The position numbers were made by a program, and so were the translations under genes. A DNA stretch of 63,158 bases, filler included, from Octopus bimaculoides (Eukaryota), in assembly GCF_001194135.2 (NCBI RefSeq). It is 6 parts of 6 records of this genome, joined end to end, with 100 filler letters (N's around TTAATTAATTAA, not from the genome) between each part and the next. Parts side by side here need not be neighbours in the genome. Positions count along the whole stretch, not along the records: positions 20,094 to 50,845 come from NC_068992.1; 5 more parts are not named here. The stretch is one strand, 5' to 3'. Positions within the stretch are counted from its first letter, which is position 1; the number at the start of each line of letters is the position of its first letter. The notes beneath the pieces are model-generated. The model worked only from the letters and a program-made list of their open reading frames with translations. It was not told the DNA's origin and ran no database searches. This document shows positions 36,996-50,394 of the stretch, piece by piece.

Positions 36996-39199
36996 AAGTC
37001 ATTCTCACTTTAACATGCAGCTTGAGAGCGTGCCTTCCTACTATTCTGTTTTACAAATGATGACCACCCATAAAATTGAACTCAGCTGGCCACTTACTTT
37101 TATGTAATATCAGTTGAACATTCTGCAGAGTGTTTGGTAACATCGTGTAAAGAACAGAATTCTCAAGTAGTTATCCAGTACCCTATATCCTAACCATACT
37201 CACCCTGAACAAAATCTCTAATAAATAAAAAACATTAAAGTTTTGAAAATGTGAATACGTTGCAGAACAAGGATAAAATGTGCAATGTGCAATCGTAATT
37301 AGGCGCTTGGATTGAACTCAAACTTTCGTATAAGGAATAAATATCTACATATTTGGAGAACTATGCATTTGGATTGTTCTGTAGGTCTGAACTAGTAGGA
37401 GCCGATCTAGGCTAAATAATGGGATTTCAATAAACAATATTAGGCAGTATTTTGTAGAAACTAAAGCAAAATGCATCATGACGATAGTTGGGTAACAAAT
37501 CAATTTTTTCTGCTTGTTATCTCGTCAAAATTGCTTATTCATTTCATATAACACATTTAATTATTTTGATACGCTAGTTCGTAGTGTCGTAATTTTTCCT
37601 TAAAGTTTTAAAACTAATATCTCACTTACTCTTCACATGATAGTATTATTTACTATGCTATCAATCATTCATATTTTACAGTTATCTCATACTGTATATA
37701 TGCTACTTTTGTTAAATGTCCATTCCTGTTCGGGCACTTGTTCTACATGTTGAAATATGTTTATAAATCTAGTGTATTTTCAAAAGTTTATTAATTATAT
37801 GTTTTAGATATTATTGTGAAATAAAATTTATTTTATAAAACAGAATCGAAGAGTTAAAAAAAATCAGCTCCTTTTTCAATTGTAATCTTTTAGTAAATCT
37901 AATATGTCATGTACCAACATGTTTCGATTCTTATTACCCCAAGAATTACCAACATAGATAGCATGGTTTATTTAAAAATTAATAATTCTAATTTGTATTT
38001 ACTTTTTTCTTTATTTTTCATATTTTTAAACTTAACGATTGACAATATTTATGGGAAACTCATATAAATATTGCCAATCGATCAAATAGCAGTGACATTT
38101 TATTTTCTATAAACGAAATAAAAATTGTTAAAATATGTTAAATGATAATTGTGACGAATGTTCAGCCACTAGATGTCATAGGATAAAAACCTAAAGATAT
38201 TTACAATTTTACTCAAGAATTTATTTATAAAATAGATTATTGAAAGCATTAGTCCAACTTCTATAGGATAATAGTAATAAAATGCAGATGCAAGGCAAAT
38301 ATATAAGTATCGATTTTTTTCACGCATTGTAGAATGGAATGAAAGGACTCAACTAATATAAATAACCAGCGACAAAAATATGAAAGAACAAAAAAATTGA
38401 TTATACATCATCATCTGCAAAAAAAAAATATATAATAAATATACTAATACAATATCATATGTTGACAGATAACACTGCTTCTCCAATGTGTGTTGTATTT
38501 ACATGGAAATGGTCGATTATATTCACGGATTGTTTCTATTGCCATCGATGATGTATAGACTAAACAATATCAAGGTATTCATTAGAAGATATGTTATTCT
38601 TGTTCGCCAAACTTTAAAAAGAATACGTACGCGTCATTAGTACCAATCGTCCTGATAAAAACATGTACAGCAAAGACAAGTACAGTATAATACTGTACAT
38701 ATCTTCAGAGAGTTTCTATCGGGTAAATGTTTTGCTGATGTAAAATATTGAGCTCAAACACTCGAGTGCGACGAACTCTTGCGAAGGGAAGTCAATCTTC
38801 GATAAGAATGTTAGGCTACTCAGTCATTTAAATCAGTTTGTTGTCTGCTCCAAGCAGACTATAAACGATACGTAACAGCGGTGAAACATCACGCGCATGT
38901 GCATACACATTTAAATAATTAAAACTATATACCAATGGCGTAAAACTAAAGAATTTCATAATCAGACGTTCTAATATTACAAGAGAAGAATGTTATAAAT
39001 CCCTCACAAGATATTTGAAAATCTTAATTGTACTCTCAAAAGCAAGGATAGATAAAAAAAAACTGTAAAGGTTACTTAACTTCCATCCGATGAGGCATCC
39101 ACTATATATATACAACAGATGATACTGAGGCACTAATTTGACACGATAATACACTAGATACGGAAGTATTCTATCATAGATGTAAACCAACAATATGAA

Positions 39200-39620
39200 A
39201 CACATTTACCAATGCAATTCTTCGCAAAGAGTAATGGACTTCCCGGTGCAAGCTCACTGCAAAAGATTTAATGTAGTTAACAAGTGCACCGCCCTAAATA
39301 CGCTCTAAGAATCCACGAAGATTTATATTGGAGTTACTGTTAATTTCAAGCAAAGATATTCTGCACATTTAAACTCGTTTAAATACAAAATAACAGTAGA
39401 CCTACATTTCTCACAGAACATATACACTGTCTTAGAGAAAGAAAACCTACAATATAATATAACTCCTTCATACCAAGGCCAAAATGCTCCGTGTTGGTTA
39501 TGTTTGAGGGACTCTACACAAATCCTGAGACATAACCCCAAACAATTATTAAATAAACAAAATAAAGCCGTCTCTTCGTGCGTTTATAAATTCTTTAAAT
39601 CTTTTCGAATTGCGGGAAAA
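39200..39620 (+). mobile_element. Penelope-like element GIY-YIG endonuclease remnant
   Basis: CN..PVQAHCKRFNVVNKCT, KIYIGVTVNFKQRYSAHLNSFK, PCWLCLRDSTQILRHNPKQLLNK..C (YIG motif and C-terminal CxxC), spread over shifted frames. Confidence 0.7.
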
Positions 39621-40039
39621 CGACTACCTCTGATTCTCACTGATATATATTTTAGACGTCATATAAATCAGTTTAATTATCTTATCATGATATCCTTTAT
39701 ATCTTTTTATTTTATAGATTCTCATTTTTCCTTTAATTCATGTTACATCCCACCTAGGTTATAATTAACCTAATACCTATTCGGTTGCAACACTATTGTT
39801 GTCAATTATATAACACCAGGCCTTCTCTTCTCACGGCAATGGAGTTAAACACTGGTTACTAAAATATATAAAATTAATTTAACTTAACAGATTTCTTCGC
39901 TCAACATATTCAATTGCTTTTATAGTATGTATTATCCATTATTATTATATTTGTTTCATCCCTAAACCCTATAATTTTATTCTACGAGAACTTAGCAGAA
40001 GGGTCTTTTTTATCATTTATTCCCATCGATTCCCATGAT

Positions 40040-41730
40040 TTCGTTATCACCTACCTGGACGATATTTTTATAAAGAGTGAGTCACAGGAGCAACATTTCG
40101 AAATATTAAAAGAATATTCGGGAAAATAAGCGAATATGGGTTCAGATTAGAAGAGGAAAAGTGTGAATTTTTGCTGAAAAATCAAGTGCTTAGGACAAGT
40201 AATTGATATAAATGGACGCAGACCAGACTCGGCAAGGGCGAACACATAAAAAATGTTCTTACCCCAACAAACATCACAATATTATAAGCGTTTTTCGGTT
40301 TAGTGAAATATTTTCAAGTCTACATTCCAAACATATATAATGTAAGGATTCCACTAAATGAGTTATTGAAAAAGAATGGACGAAGAGGTGCCAGAAGGCA
40401 TTTAAGGAGTTAAAACGTATTTTAACATCAGATTTATCACTAACCCATTTCGATCCAAAGTTGGAAATTATGCTGGCTACAGATGCTAGTGAGTACAGGG
40501 TAGGAGCCGTGCTCCTTCACAGGTGTCGCGATGGCAGTAGAAAGGCGTCAAGGTCACTATTGCATGAGGAAAAAAATTATAGTCAGATTGAAAAAGAGGC
40601 ATTGGCAATCATATTTGGTGTCAAGTTTATCCATGGAAGACGTTTCTGTCTTCAAACAGACCATCACACGTTTCTGACAATATATGGATCCAAAAAAAGA
40701 ATCCCAACGCATACAACAAGCAGACTACAAGGTTGGGTCACCATACTTTTAAATTATGACTGTAGAATAGAGTATTTACCTTCGGAAAAGCTAGGGCATT
40801 CGAATAGCTTGTCCAGATTGATACCCAAAGACGGCGAGCCATTCGAGGACACAGTAACTGCAGCTCTAAAAGTTGAAAGTGAAATAAAAAACATAATGTG
40901 GAGTATTGTGCGACAGTTACCGGTAACACTGGAGGATATAAAGCGACACGTGCTAAAAGACAAGTTTATAAAAGAAACAAAAGGAACAGCATGGTCAGCA
41001 AAAGGAAATACGAAAAGACTCGGTACGAAAAAAACCAAGACAAGAATATACACGCAACATGTGATGGCGTACTGATGTATGCACAGGGAGTTGTCATACC
41101 GAAAACACTACAAAAGAGAATGTTGAGAGAATTTCATGTCGGACATCCGAGTATTACAAGGATGAAAGCGTCAATGCGCAGTTACGTATATTGGTCAAAG
41201 ATGGACAAAAAAATCGAAAATTTGGTGAAAGGCTGTAAAGAATGTGCTCTTGCAGCAAAATTACCCAATATAAAATGGGAACCTTGGCCAAAAGTAAATT
41301 GTCCGTGGTCAAGACTAGACATCGATTTCGTTGGTCCTTTAAACAGTTCATGCTACTTAGTGGTAGTTTTTCAAACTGGCCTGAAATTTTGAAGTGTAAA
41401 AAAACACCCTCTTCAGCTGTGATAAATTTTTTACACGAATTGTTTGCAAGATTTGGCATCTCAGACAAGATAGTGTCTGACAATGGAACGCAATTTGTGT
41501 CTAGCGAATTTTTAAAAGTTTGTGAAATGTTCGTGGTAGAATATAACTACGGCGCAGTACCATCCCAAATCTAATGGAGAGTTCAAAAGTTCTTTAAAGA
41601 AAGCAAATAAGGAAAGCACGGATGAGGTAGCTCTTCAACAATTTTTAAGAATGTACCATGTAACACCAAGTCCGAATACACTAGCAGGTAGCGCACCAGC
41701 AGAGCTGATGTTTGCAAAGAAGGTAGGATC
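40040..41730 (+). mobile_element. pol: Gypsy-type LTR retrotransposon pol remnant (RT, RNase H, integrase), frameshifted
   Basis: YLDD at 40052-40063; LATDASEYRVGAVL..NYSQIEKEALAIIFGVK..QTDH (RNase H); FHVGHPSITRMK..YVYW..CKEC and ARFGISDKIVSDNGTQF (integrase). No LTRs recognised. Confidence 0.92.
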
Positions 41731-42438
41731 TTTTCACTTTCATCGGCAGATCGAGAAATTAATTTGTTGTAACTAAACACTTTCAAACTTCGGACACTGG
41801 TACAATGTGTCATATAAAACATCTTTTATTCTTAGCGTTGTTGAGAAAAGTTTCTATTTACGAAGTTATTTCGTATTAAAGTTGTCCTATTTCGGTAATT
41901 TGAACCAATCAATGACGTGTATTCAGCTGAATAAAATTACTGCTGTTGTTTGTCAACAACAACTATCGGTGGTATATATTTCGTTTGTCACTGTTATTTA
42001 TGACATCATTCGTATTTATGGACCATGGTTTCTGACTGTATATTAGCGAATAAAATAATTTGCCAGGCGGAGTCTTCATCAAGAGGTACGCCAAGATTAA
42101 ACATAAATACGAGGCAATCCAGCATGTGGCCCGCGCTTATATATTATAATTTTTCAAATCCACCGCGCAAGCGTAGTCTTTTGTCCAGGAGATAGATGGT
42201 AAATGTTTTTATTTTTCATTGCCTTCGAAATTTATCCCTAATAGTGGTTTGGATTTTTGCTATTCCTTCTAGCATGCCAGGTATCCTATGATGGTTACCT
42301 CTTACGTGTTTAAATGTACACTGTATTTATATATAATGTACACTGTATTTATATATAATCTATTGACTAATTTTTTCTACACGCTAGGCCACTGTAGTAA
42401 AAAATTTTTTGCTTACGTGATATATNNNNNNNNNNNNN

Positions 42439-42478
<40 letters not shown>

Positions 42479-42889
42479 CGTCTATATGTGTGTATGCGCA
42501 TGTACCTAGATATATGTATATGTGTGTATATATCGCTGTGTCTGTACGTATGTATATGTGTATGTACGTATGTATGCATGTATGTATGTATGTATGTATG
42601 TATGTCCATGTATGCGTCTACTCACGAACAAAACAAAAATTTTCGTCATAGTATTATCTTCCTTTCACCCTCTACTTTCTTTATTCTTTCTCTTAACAGT
42701 TAAAACAGCGAAAGATGATTACGTCATTTTATTTAAACTGGGACGTATACTTTCCATGCTCATATTTGAATTTTTTGCGTTTCAATAGTTCTTTTTTTTT
42801 TTTTTTGCTTTTATTCACTCTTGAATTTGGTGGACATATAGCGGTAAGTAAACCGACAGATGAAATCTCTAGTGCAACTTTTTTACTGA

Positions 42890-42935
42890 TGTACCCGAAG
42901 AGAGCCAGAACGACGGGTCGAAACATGTAGCATAC
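42890..42935 (+). ncRNA. Degenerate minimal hammerhead-like motif
   Basis: TGTAC-CCGAAGA-GAGCC..GGGTC-GAAAC-AT-GTA-GCATA: core U4 changed to C, one mismatch in each of stems I and II, palindromic ACATGT stem III. Confidence 0.45.
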
Positions 42936-42942
42936 CCAATAA

Positions 42943-43174
42943 GCGAGCTGGCAGAAACGTCAGCACGCCGGGCGAAATGCTTAGCGGTATTTCGTCTGCC
43001 GTTACGTTCTGAGTTCAAATTCCGCCGAGGTCGACTTTGCCTTTCATCCTTTCGGGGTCGATAAATTAAGTACCAATTACGCACTGGGGTCGATGTAATC
43101 GACTTAATCCCTTTGTCTGTCCTTGTTTGTCCCCTCTATGTTTAGGCCCTTGTGGGTAATAAAGAAATAAGAAG
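42943..43174 (+). mobile_element. SINE family B, full-length, with 19-bp target-site duplication
   Basis: catgta(g/t)catacccaataa at 42924-42942 and 43175-43193; tRNA-like head gagctggcagaaacgtcagcacg..gagttcaaattcc; central tcctttcggggtcgataaattaagtacc. Confidence 0.92.
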
Positions 43175-43689
43175 CATGTATCATACCCAATAAAGTCTAA
43201 TACATATTCCATCTCCTATGTTATTAATAATATTACTCCAACCGCCAGTGCGAAATTCCTAGAGTAAATTTACGGTTAACTACAGGTAACTTAAAGTTCT
43301 TTGCACATACGTATATATTAAATCTTGCGTTGGATATACGGTATTGTTCCTGTGCTCTTCTACACTTATGTCTCCATTCTTACCATATACATATACAAGT
43401 TAAAAGAAACAGATCTTTCTTCCTTATTCCAACTAATACCTCTCCTGTCCGTACATTAATAAATCTTTCTCTTTCTCTATTTGTCTGTCTGTCTGTCTCT
43501 CCTTGTATATATATATCTATTGAACATGTGTGTATACAGGAATATACCTTTAGAAAGTTTATAAATATATACTCAAAGACACAGATTTTTATTCCCTATC
43601 CCATCTGTGCACACGTATCAATACAACTTACATATCTCTTTTTTCTTCTCTCCCCATCTCTCCTGATCTCAATCATCCTTTGAATATAT

Positions 43690-46600
43690 ACAGAAAGAAA
43701 CGGCAGGCTAAGGATGTCTCGAAACTGAGTCAGTCAAGAACTGAAACTCTTATTGAGAGGGTGGCAAATAGCCGAAGGAGAGAATGCAAATAATATCATA
43801 ACGGCAGCTCTAAAGAGCAGTTGCTGTATAAGGACCACAACTCAGATAGAGTTAAAAAAAACAAAACAAGAATTTATCTGCCCCTATGCTCTCATCAGAC
43901 CTCACATTAGCACACTAGACACCAACTTTGCACAGAAATGCAAAAAAGGATGATAAGGATGGAGATCCTTATGCGAGTGACTGATGTTCTTCTGGCCCCT
44001 TTGATCCACAAGAGCACATACCTGAAACAAATACCAAAACTGAGAGACCTGCCGAGGAAGAAAATACTAGCACTGATGGCCCTACCACAATCAGTATCAA
44101 CGCCCAATACTGCAGAAGAACCAATAAAAAGCTATAAAATAAAGATAAAAGAAGAAACAAGGATGACGATAGATGTAAAAATGAAGCAAAACACAAGAGA
44201 GAACACCCAAGTAAAATGGAAAAGTCAGAAAGTCAATATGCAAAGCCACAAACAGTTAGGAAGCGTACAGAAGTGTGTAAATTCTTCCTGTGTGGTGACT
44301 GATGGCATGGATGTGGTGATGCAAATTGCTGCTCCCTGCATCCAAAACCATACAAAAACAAAAGCCTCCTTCCAAAAGATACAGGAAGACTCGAAAAAGG
44401 AAAAAGTCGTACAACAACTGCATCAAAACTAAAATACGCCCTACTCTAAAAACCAGTCCTAGTCAGAAGCCGTCATAAGGATTACAACTGAGCTACAATT
44501 TTGTTTTGTGCATGGCTCAAAAGATTGTGCAACAACTAACATGACTTCATTAATTCCAGATTCGGAGCCACCCCCACCAACACGTAAGACCACCACAACC
44601 AATGGATCCAGGGTGGCCACCACTGGCACCAGCACAGAGGTCACACCAATGTACTCCGTAAATGTAGGAGGGCTATTACAACTCAGTAACAGAACTAAAA
44701 TTAGCTTCCTGAGAGAATTTGTGACATGCAACCAAGCTTTTGCACAGCACTCACTGAAATACACTTAAAACAAGATTTCCAGGGACAGAAAATCCCTCAT
44801 GAGACACAGGTCAAAGGTCTCAACGCGTTGAATAGGTAAGTGAAGATAGAAAGAACTCTATCTTAATAAGACACTCCTAGAAATCGAAAAGGAGATCAAA
44901 CTCACACGAAAGGGTAAGAGGGGAGAAAGAGAAAAGAGCTGTGAAAAGCATAAAAACAAATCCCAAAGCTTTCTATAAATTTGCAAAGGAAACAGCCACA
45001 ATACAATATAAAATAGGACCGTTGTTCCAAGGTAATGACTGGCTGACAGCGGACCCAGGAAGGATAAATGAGATACTCAGTGAACAATTTAAAAGTGTTT
45101 TCACTTGCCCTTTGGACACATGCAGATAAAATATCCAGCTGAATTCTTTGATATTACAGCTCTAAAAAAGGAGGTGCCAACCATAAATTACATCAACATT
45201 GAGGAAACATGTAACAACAGCCATACATGGAATGATCTCATGCTCTGCAACTGGTCTTGATGGATTCCTAGCTATTCTCCTAAAGTCATGTAAGCAGGCT
45301 TTAGCGAAACCACTTCAGATACTTTTCCAAAGTTTCCTTGCAAGTGGTATACTTCCTAAAAAGCTGTAAGAAGGCATTATATGCCTTATCCATAAATGTG
45401 GGAGCAGAGCCGAGGGCAAAAACTACGGGCCAATCATCACATATCAGTAAAGTCATGGAGTGAATCATCAAAAAGAAGTTGATAATGTTCCTAAGAGAAA
45501 AGGATCTACTGAACAATACTCAGCATGGCTTCCGTCCAAGAAGCTGCCTCACACAGCTCCTACAACAATATGAGTTTTGAACCAGCTGCTTGATTATACA
45601 GATGTCAGCTTGATAGGCTTTGGCTTTGCAAAGGCATTTGATAGGGTAGATCATGGCATGATATGTCATAAGCTACGAGACCTTGGCATCGCTGGTAAAC
45701 TAGGGAGAGTGGCAGCATGACATCCTTAAAGAGTCAGGTAGTTGCAGCTAATGGTGCCCTTTCTGAGGAAACTCAAATCCGAAGTGGCCGCCCCCAGGGA
45801 ACTATTCTGGGACCATTACTGTTCATAATAGCCCTCTTAAACATGCACATAGTCACTCGGACAGCAATGCCGTTGACACAGTATTATCACAGGCAATAAA
45901 AAACCAAGATGACTTCTCAAGCTTAGAGCGGGACCTGAACTCGATGTACAAGTGGACCGAAATAAACATCATACCGTTTAATGCTGCAAAAATTTCAAGC
46001 ACTGCACTTTCAACTCACGAATGCACTACAATCTGCATATACAGAACCCGAAGGCACTACAATGCCAGAGTCACAGGCAGTGAATGACTTGGATATCAGT
46101 ATGTGTAGTGACGCATCGTTTCATATGCACATTGGTAAGATGGCAGCAAAGTGCAGACAACTGAAGTCCTTCAAAACAAGAGACCAATAAACTATGCTGA
46201 TCCTGTGGAGAACCTTTGTTCTCAGACCCCTGGACTACTGCTCTCAGTTATGGTCACCACTTAGTGGCAAGTTCACAGCGGAGCTTGAAGCAGTCCAACA
46301 CTAAAAAGATTGAAGCAGTGCAGCGGATGAGCTACAGGGATAGGCTAGAAAATTGCATCTTTTCTCCCCGGAGCGAAGGCGTGAGAGATATGAAATGATA
46401 TACATATCAAAAATCCTAGAAGGGCTAGCACCTAACTTCGGCACTGAGCGTTATACAAATGCCAGAACTGGCCGCCATTGTATTATACCAAAGGTACCAT
46501 CCACTCCATCTAAATGCAGGACCAGATACTGCAATAGTCTAGGGTTCAAAGGGCCGCAGCTCTTCAATGCCCTGTCACAAAAATTAAGAAATCTGCATAA

Positions 46601-46830
46601 GGTGGAAGCAGATGTCTTCAAAAAAGGACTAGACATTCTCCTCTCTACAATACCAGATGAATCAACACCCCTATATCAGGTGCAGACAAGGGCAGTGGAA
46701 CTAAACTTCCTTATACACCAAATGGGCCAACAGGTGCGGCAAAAGCACATACAGAAGGGGTGAGGTGGAACACCCCAGACTGAGAAAATCAGAAAGACCA
46801 TAGGCTTTCTTACTTTCCCGAGCGGTAAAC
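43690..46830 (+). mobile_element. CR1-like LINE: ORF1 remnant with CCCH finger, start of the APE domain, internal deletion, then RT; degraded
   Basis: EVCKFFLCGD*WHGCGDANCCSLHPKP (~44265-44350); SVNVGGL..ALTEIHL; KTNPKAFYKF; QHGFRP; FAKAFDRVDHG; SGRPQGTILGPLLFII; RRERYEMIYISKIL. Confidence 0.85.
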
Positions 46831-46888
46831 TAATGCACGTACTTGTTCTTTATACACCTCTCTTCGTCTTTTGTTTTCAGTAAATTTC

Positions 46889-46920
<32 letters not shown>

Positions 46921-48441
46921 NNNNNNNNNNNNNNNNNNNNNNNNNNNNNNNNNNNNNNNNNNNNNNNNNNNNNNNNNNNNNNNNNNNNNNNNNNNNNNNN
47001 NNNNNNNNNNNNNNNNNNNNNNNNNNNNNNNNNNNNNNNNNNNNNNNNNNNNNNNNNNNNNNNNNNNNNNNNNNNNNNNNNNNNNNNNNNNNNNNNNNNN
47101 NNNNNNNNNNNNNNNNNNNNNNNNNNNNNNNNNNNNNNNNNNNNNNNNNNNNNNNNNNNNNNNNNNNNNNNNNNNNNNNNNNNNNNNNNNNNNNNNNNNN
47201 NNNNNNNNNNNNNNNNNNNNNNNNNNNNNNNNNNNNNATATATATATATATATACATATACATATACACATATATATATAGATATATATATATATGCCCG
47301 TTGGTCCACTGATCGAGGATAACGGCATTCTCCAACATGATACTAAAGAAACAGCAGAAGTACTGCAGAAAGAATACTGCTCTATCTTTAGTAATCCCAC
47401 TGATATTTACGCAAGGTATGTGAACGAAGTCGATCCTCAACATATAATCTTGGTCATAACCTTTACTGTTTCAGACATCATAGCACCAATAAATGAGATC
47501 ATATCATTTTGCTGTAGGCCCTGATAGATACCCTGCTAGTCTCCTGAAGGAATGTAAACACCAACTTGCAGTGTCACTAACCAAACTCTGGAGAAATTTT
47601 TAGACTCGGGTTATATACCGAAACAGCTCTTATCCCAGTCTGTCATTCCAGTTTCCAAACAGGGAAACCGATCCCTCGCAAGCAACTATCGCCCAATCTC
47701 ACTCACCTACCATGTCATGAAAGTGTTTGAAATGGTGAGCTCAAGGATGGCTGGCTTCGTGGAGAACCACAATCTCCTACATTCAAACCAGCATGGCTTT
47801 TGCCGCGGCAAATACTTATTATTATTATTATTATTGACCCGCCGACCTAGTGGCTGTAGCGAAAGAGGTGATATGGTGGACCCGTTTGAAAGGGCTAAAG
47901 ACAGACACTTTCCTCTTTGGCCAAGGCCTCATCAACTTTTTCAAGTTCCACTTGAAAAGGAAGATGAGAGTAGAGAGGGAAGTGCTGTCTCATAGNNNNN
48001 NNNNNNNNNNNNNNNNNNNNNNNNNNNNNNNNNNNNNNNNNNNNNNNNNNNNNNNNNNNNNNNNNNNNNNNNNNNNNNNNNNNNNNNNNNNNNNNNNNNN
48101 NNNNNNNNNNNNNNNNNNNNNNNNNNNNNNNNNNNNNNNNNNNNNNNNNNNNNNNNNNNNNNNNNNNNNNNNNNNNNNNNNNNNNNNNNNNNNNNNNNNN
48201 NNNNNNNNNNNNNNNNNNNNNNNNNNNNNNNNNNNNNNNNNNNNNNNNNNNNNNNNNNNNNNNNNNNNNNNNNNNNNNNNNNNNNNNNNNNNNNNNNNNN
48301 NNNNNNNNNNNNNNNNNNNNNNNNNNNNNNNNNNNNNNNNNNNNNNNNNNNNNNNNNNNNNNNNNNNNNNNNNNNNNNNNNNNNNNNNNNNNNNNNNNNN
48401 NNNNNNNNNNNNNNNNNNNNNNNNNNNNNNNNNNNNNNNNN

Positions 48442-48495
<54 letters not shown>

Positions 48496-48497
48496 TA

Positions 48498-48579
48498 TGC
48501 CCGTGGACATATGGCGTAGTGGTTAAGAGCGCGGGCTACTAACCCTAAGATTCCGAGTTCGATTCCAGGCATTACCCTC

Positions 48580-48617
<38 letters not shown>

Positions 48618-48769
48618 CAACAACAACATCGAAAAATACTTTAGGAATGAGAACTCAGGTTCGAAATTTCTCCAAGACACCTGATGAAGGCTGGAGAGTA
48701 TATTAGCCGAAACGTTGTGTTAACAAGAAGAGGACAAATATCCGTCAATTGTAAATAATGTAAATAATG
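48498..48769 (+). mobile_element. tRNA-headed, hammerhead-carrying SINE-like element (full copy 2)
   Basis: A box tggcgtagtgg 48512-48522, B box gagttcgattcc 48555-48566, (AAT/AAC)n 48580-48628, same tail as the 23.8 kb copy; preceded by (TTA)n. Confidence 0.87.
48676..48721 (+). ncRNA. Minimal type-I hammerhead ribozyme, intact core
   Basis: GACAC-CTGATGA-A-GGCTG gagagtatat TAGCC-GAAAC-GTT-GTGTT: stem I GACAC/GUGUU, 5-bp stem II with one G-U pair, palindromic AACGTT stem III; predicted cleavage after GUU at 48716. Confidence 0.75.
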
Positions 48770-50039
48770 AACATAAATGATGTCCTTAAAGCCTTAGGAT
48801 CAGGTTCGAACTCTGATGTCAAATATCTCGACTTCAGTAAAGCGTTCGACAGAGTCGACAACAACATATTGTCAAAATTGTCAAATGTTGGAATCCGTGG
48901 AAAACTACTACACTGGATTGAATATTTCTTGGAGAACAGAACACAACATTTTATGAACGATGGAATCCACTCAAGTCCAGCAAAAGTCACCAGTTGCGTT
49001 CCTCAGTGGACTGTCTTAGACCCGCTTCTGTTTATAGTCTATATAAAAAGCATTTCAAGCATCATAAAACACAGCAAATTGAAAATATTCGCCGATGACT
49101 CCAAGCTCCAGAAAATTCTCAACGGAGAAAAACGACCGAACTGAACTCCAGTTTGATCTACATGCTGTAAGTCAATGGACAGACAGAAAGAAAAGCGGTT
49201 AATGAGGGAAAATTTGAACTGATGCATTTTGGAAGACTATGCTAAAACAACCATAATCTCTTCCTTGAGGGGAACCACTTACAGCATCCAATAATATCAA
49301 AGGCCTAGGAGTAATTGTTGACAACAATCTCAGTTGAAGTGCCCACATCAACAATAAAATTGATATAGCTAGTAGGAAGAGCTTCTGGATCCTAAGAACC
49401 TTCCGATTCCAGAACAAGGTGTCATTCCTCGCTTCTCCCTTGTACGTCCACACCTCGAATACTGCTGCCCCTGTGGTCTCCCTATAAAATACAAGATATT
49501 TCAAATTCAAATCACCCCAGAAGGCATTCACTAAAAGAATTAAGGGCATGACTGAACTCGATTATTAGGATTGTCTTAAAGTATTGAAACCCTATTCTCT
49601 CCAGCGCTGCTGTGAGCGATACATCATTTGCACGATGTGGAGAATATACCACCAACATTGCCCAAACGACCTCAACATTAGTTTCAGAATTCATCCAAGA
49701 CTAGGACCACAGGCCATACGTCCCCTACCCAATTTAAAATCACAACACATAAATGCACTGCAACAGAATTTCTTTGCTCAACAGGACCTGGCTTATTTAA
49801 CATCGTCCCAAAACAAATCAAACAGGAAAATGATCCTACCACCTGTAAACGGAATCTGGACAAATCTTTTCAAGGAATACCGAATAAGCCACCAATAGAA
49901 CTCCCTACTCAAATTAGCCATGATACCACAAAACTTGACATAAAGAGGATTTAACAAACCCTATTAGATGGTGCTATTAAGTTAGACATGGCCTGGATCA
50001 ATCTTTGGTCGAAATATATCATAATTATATGTATACATA

Positions 50040-50392
50040 CAAGGTGCGATTGATAAATTGCCGCCATTTAATATTTTTAATTTCGCGCATGCGCATTGTT
50101 TGTTTTTGCTTTTGTCAGCTACAAAGTACAGTAGAGTCAATTTGGCAAAGTCTGTGAAAAAGCCAGCTTGGCATTCGCACCGGAAGTGCTAAGATAAACA
50201 TTTTAGTGTGCTTCACTGTCAATCTCAGGAGAGTGCAGACGATTCGAATGTGTTGGGAGAGTCTAATGGTGATTACCAAGGTACAGCAGCTCGGAAAACT
50301 CACTCTGGTCGTTCTGATAAGAAAAGAACTCCTAAATTTGTTGGTGAGATCTAGGCCATGATTGACAACGACCCTCCCAGGTCAATCAGTAC
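50040..50392 (+). mobile_element. Tc1/mariner-type 5' fragment
   Basis: Starts ta-caaggtgcgattgataaatt; RKTHSGRSDKKRTPKFVGEI*AMIDNDP resembles the GRP/HTH region of these transposases. Confidence 0.55.
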
Positions 50393-50394
50393 CA

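Larger units (their letters stand above)
47296..49990 (+). mobile_element. Second CR1-like LINE ORF2 remnant, interrupted at 47816-48769 by nested inserts
   Basis: NYRPISLT..VMKVFE..NQHGFCRGK, then the insert, then INDVL..YLDFSKAFDRVD..VPQWTVLDPLLF..IFADDSKL. Confidence 0.88.

Noticed and set aside
41800-42250. Possible 3' LTR of the Gypsy remnant
   Set aside because: No matching second LTR, primer-binding site or polypurine tract could be identified.
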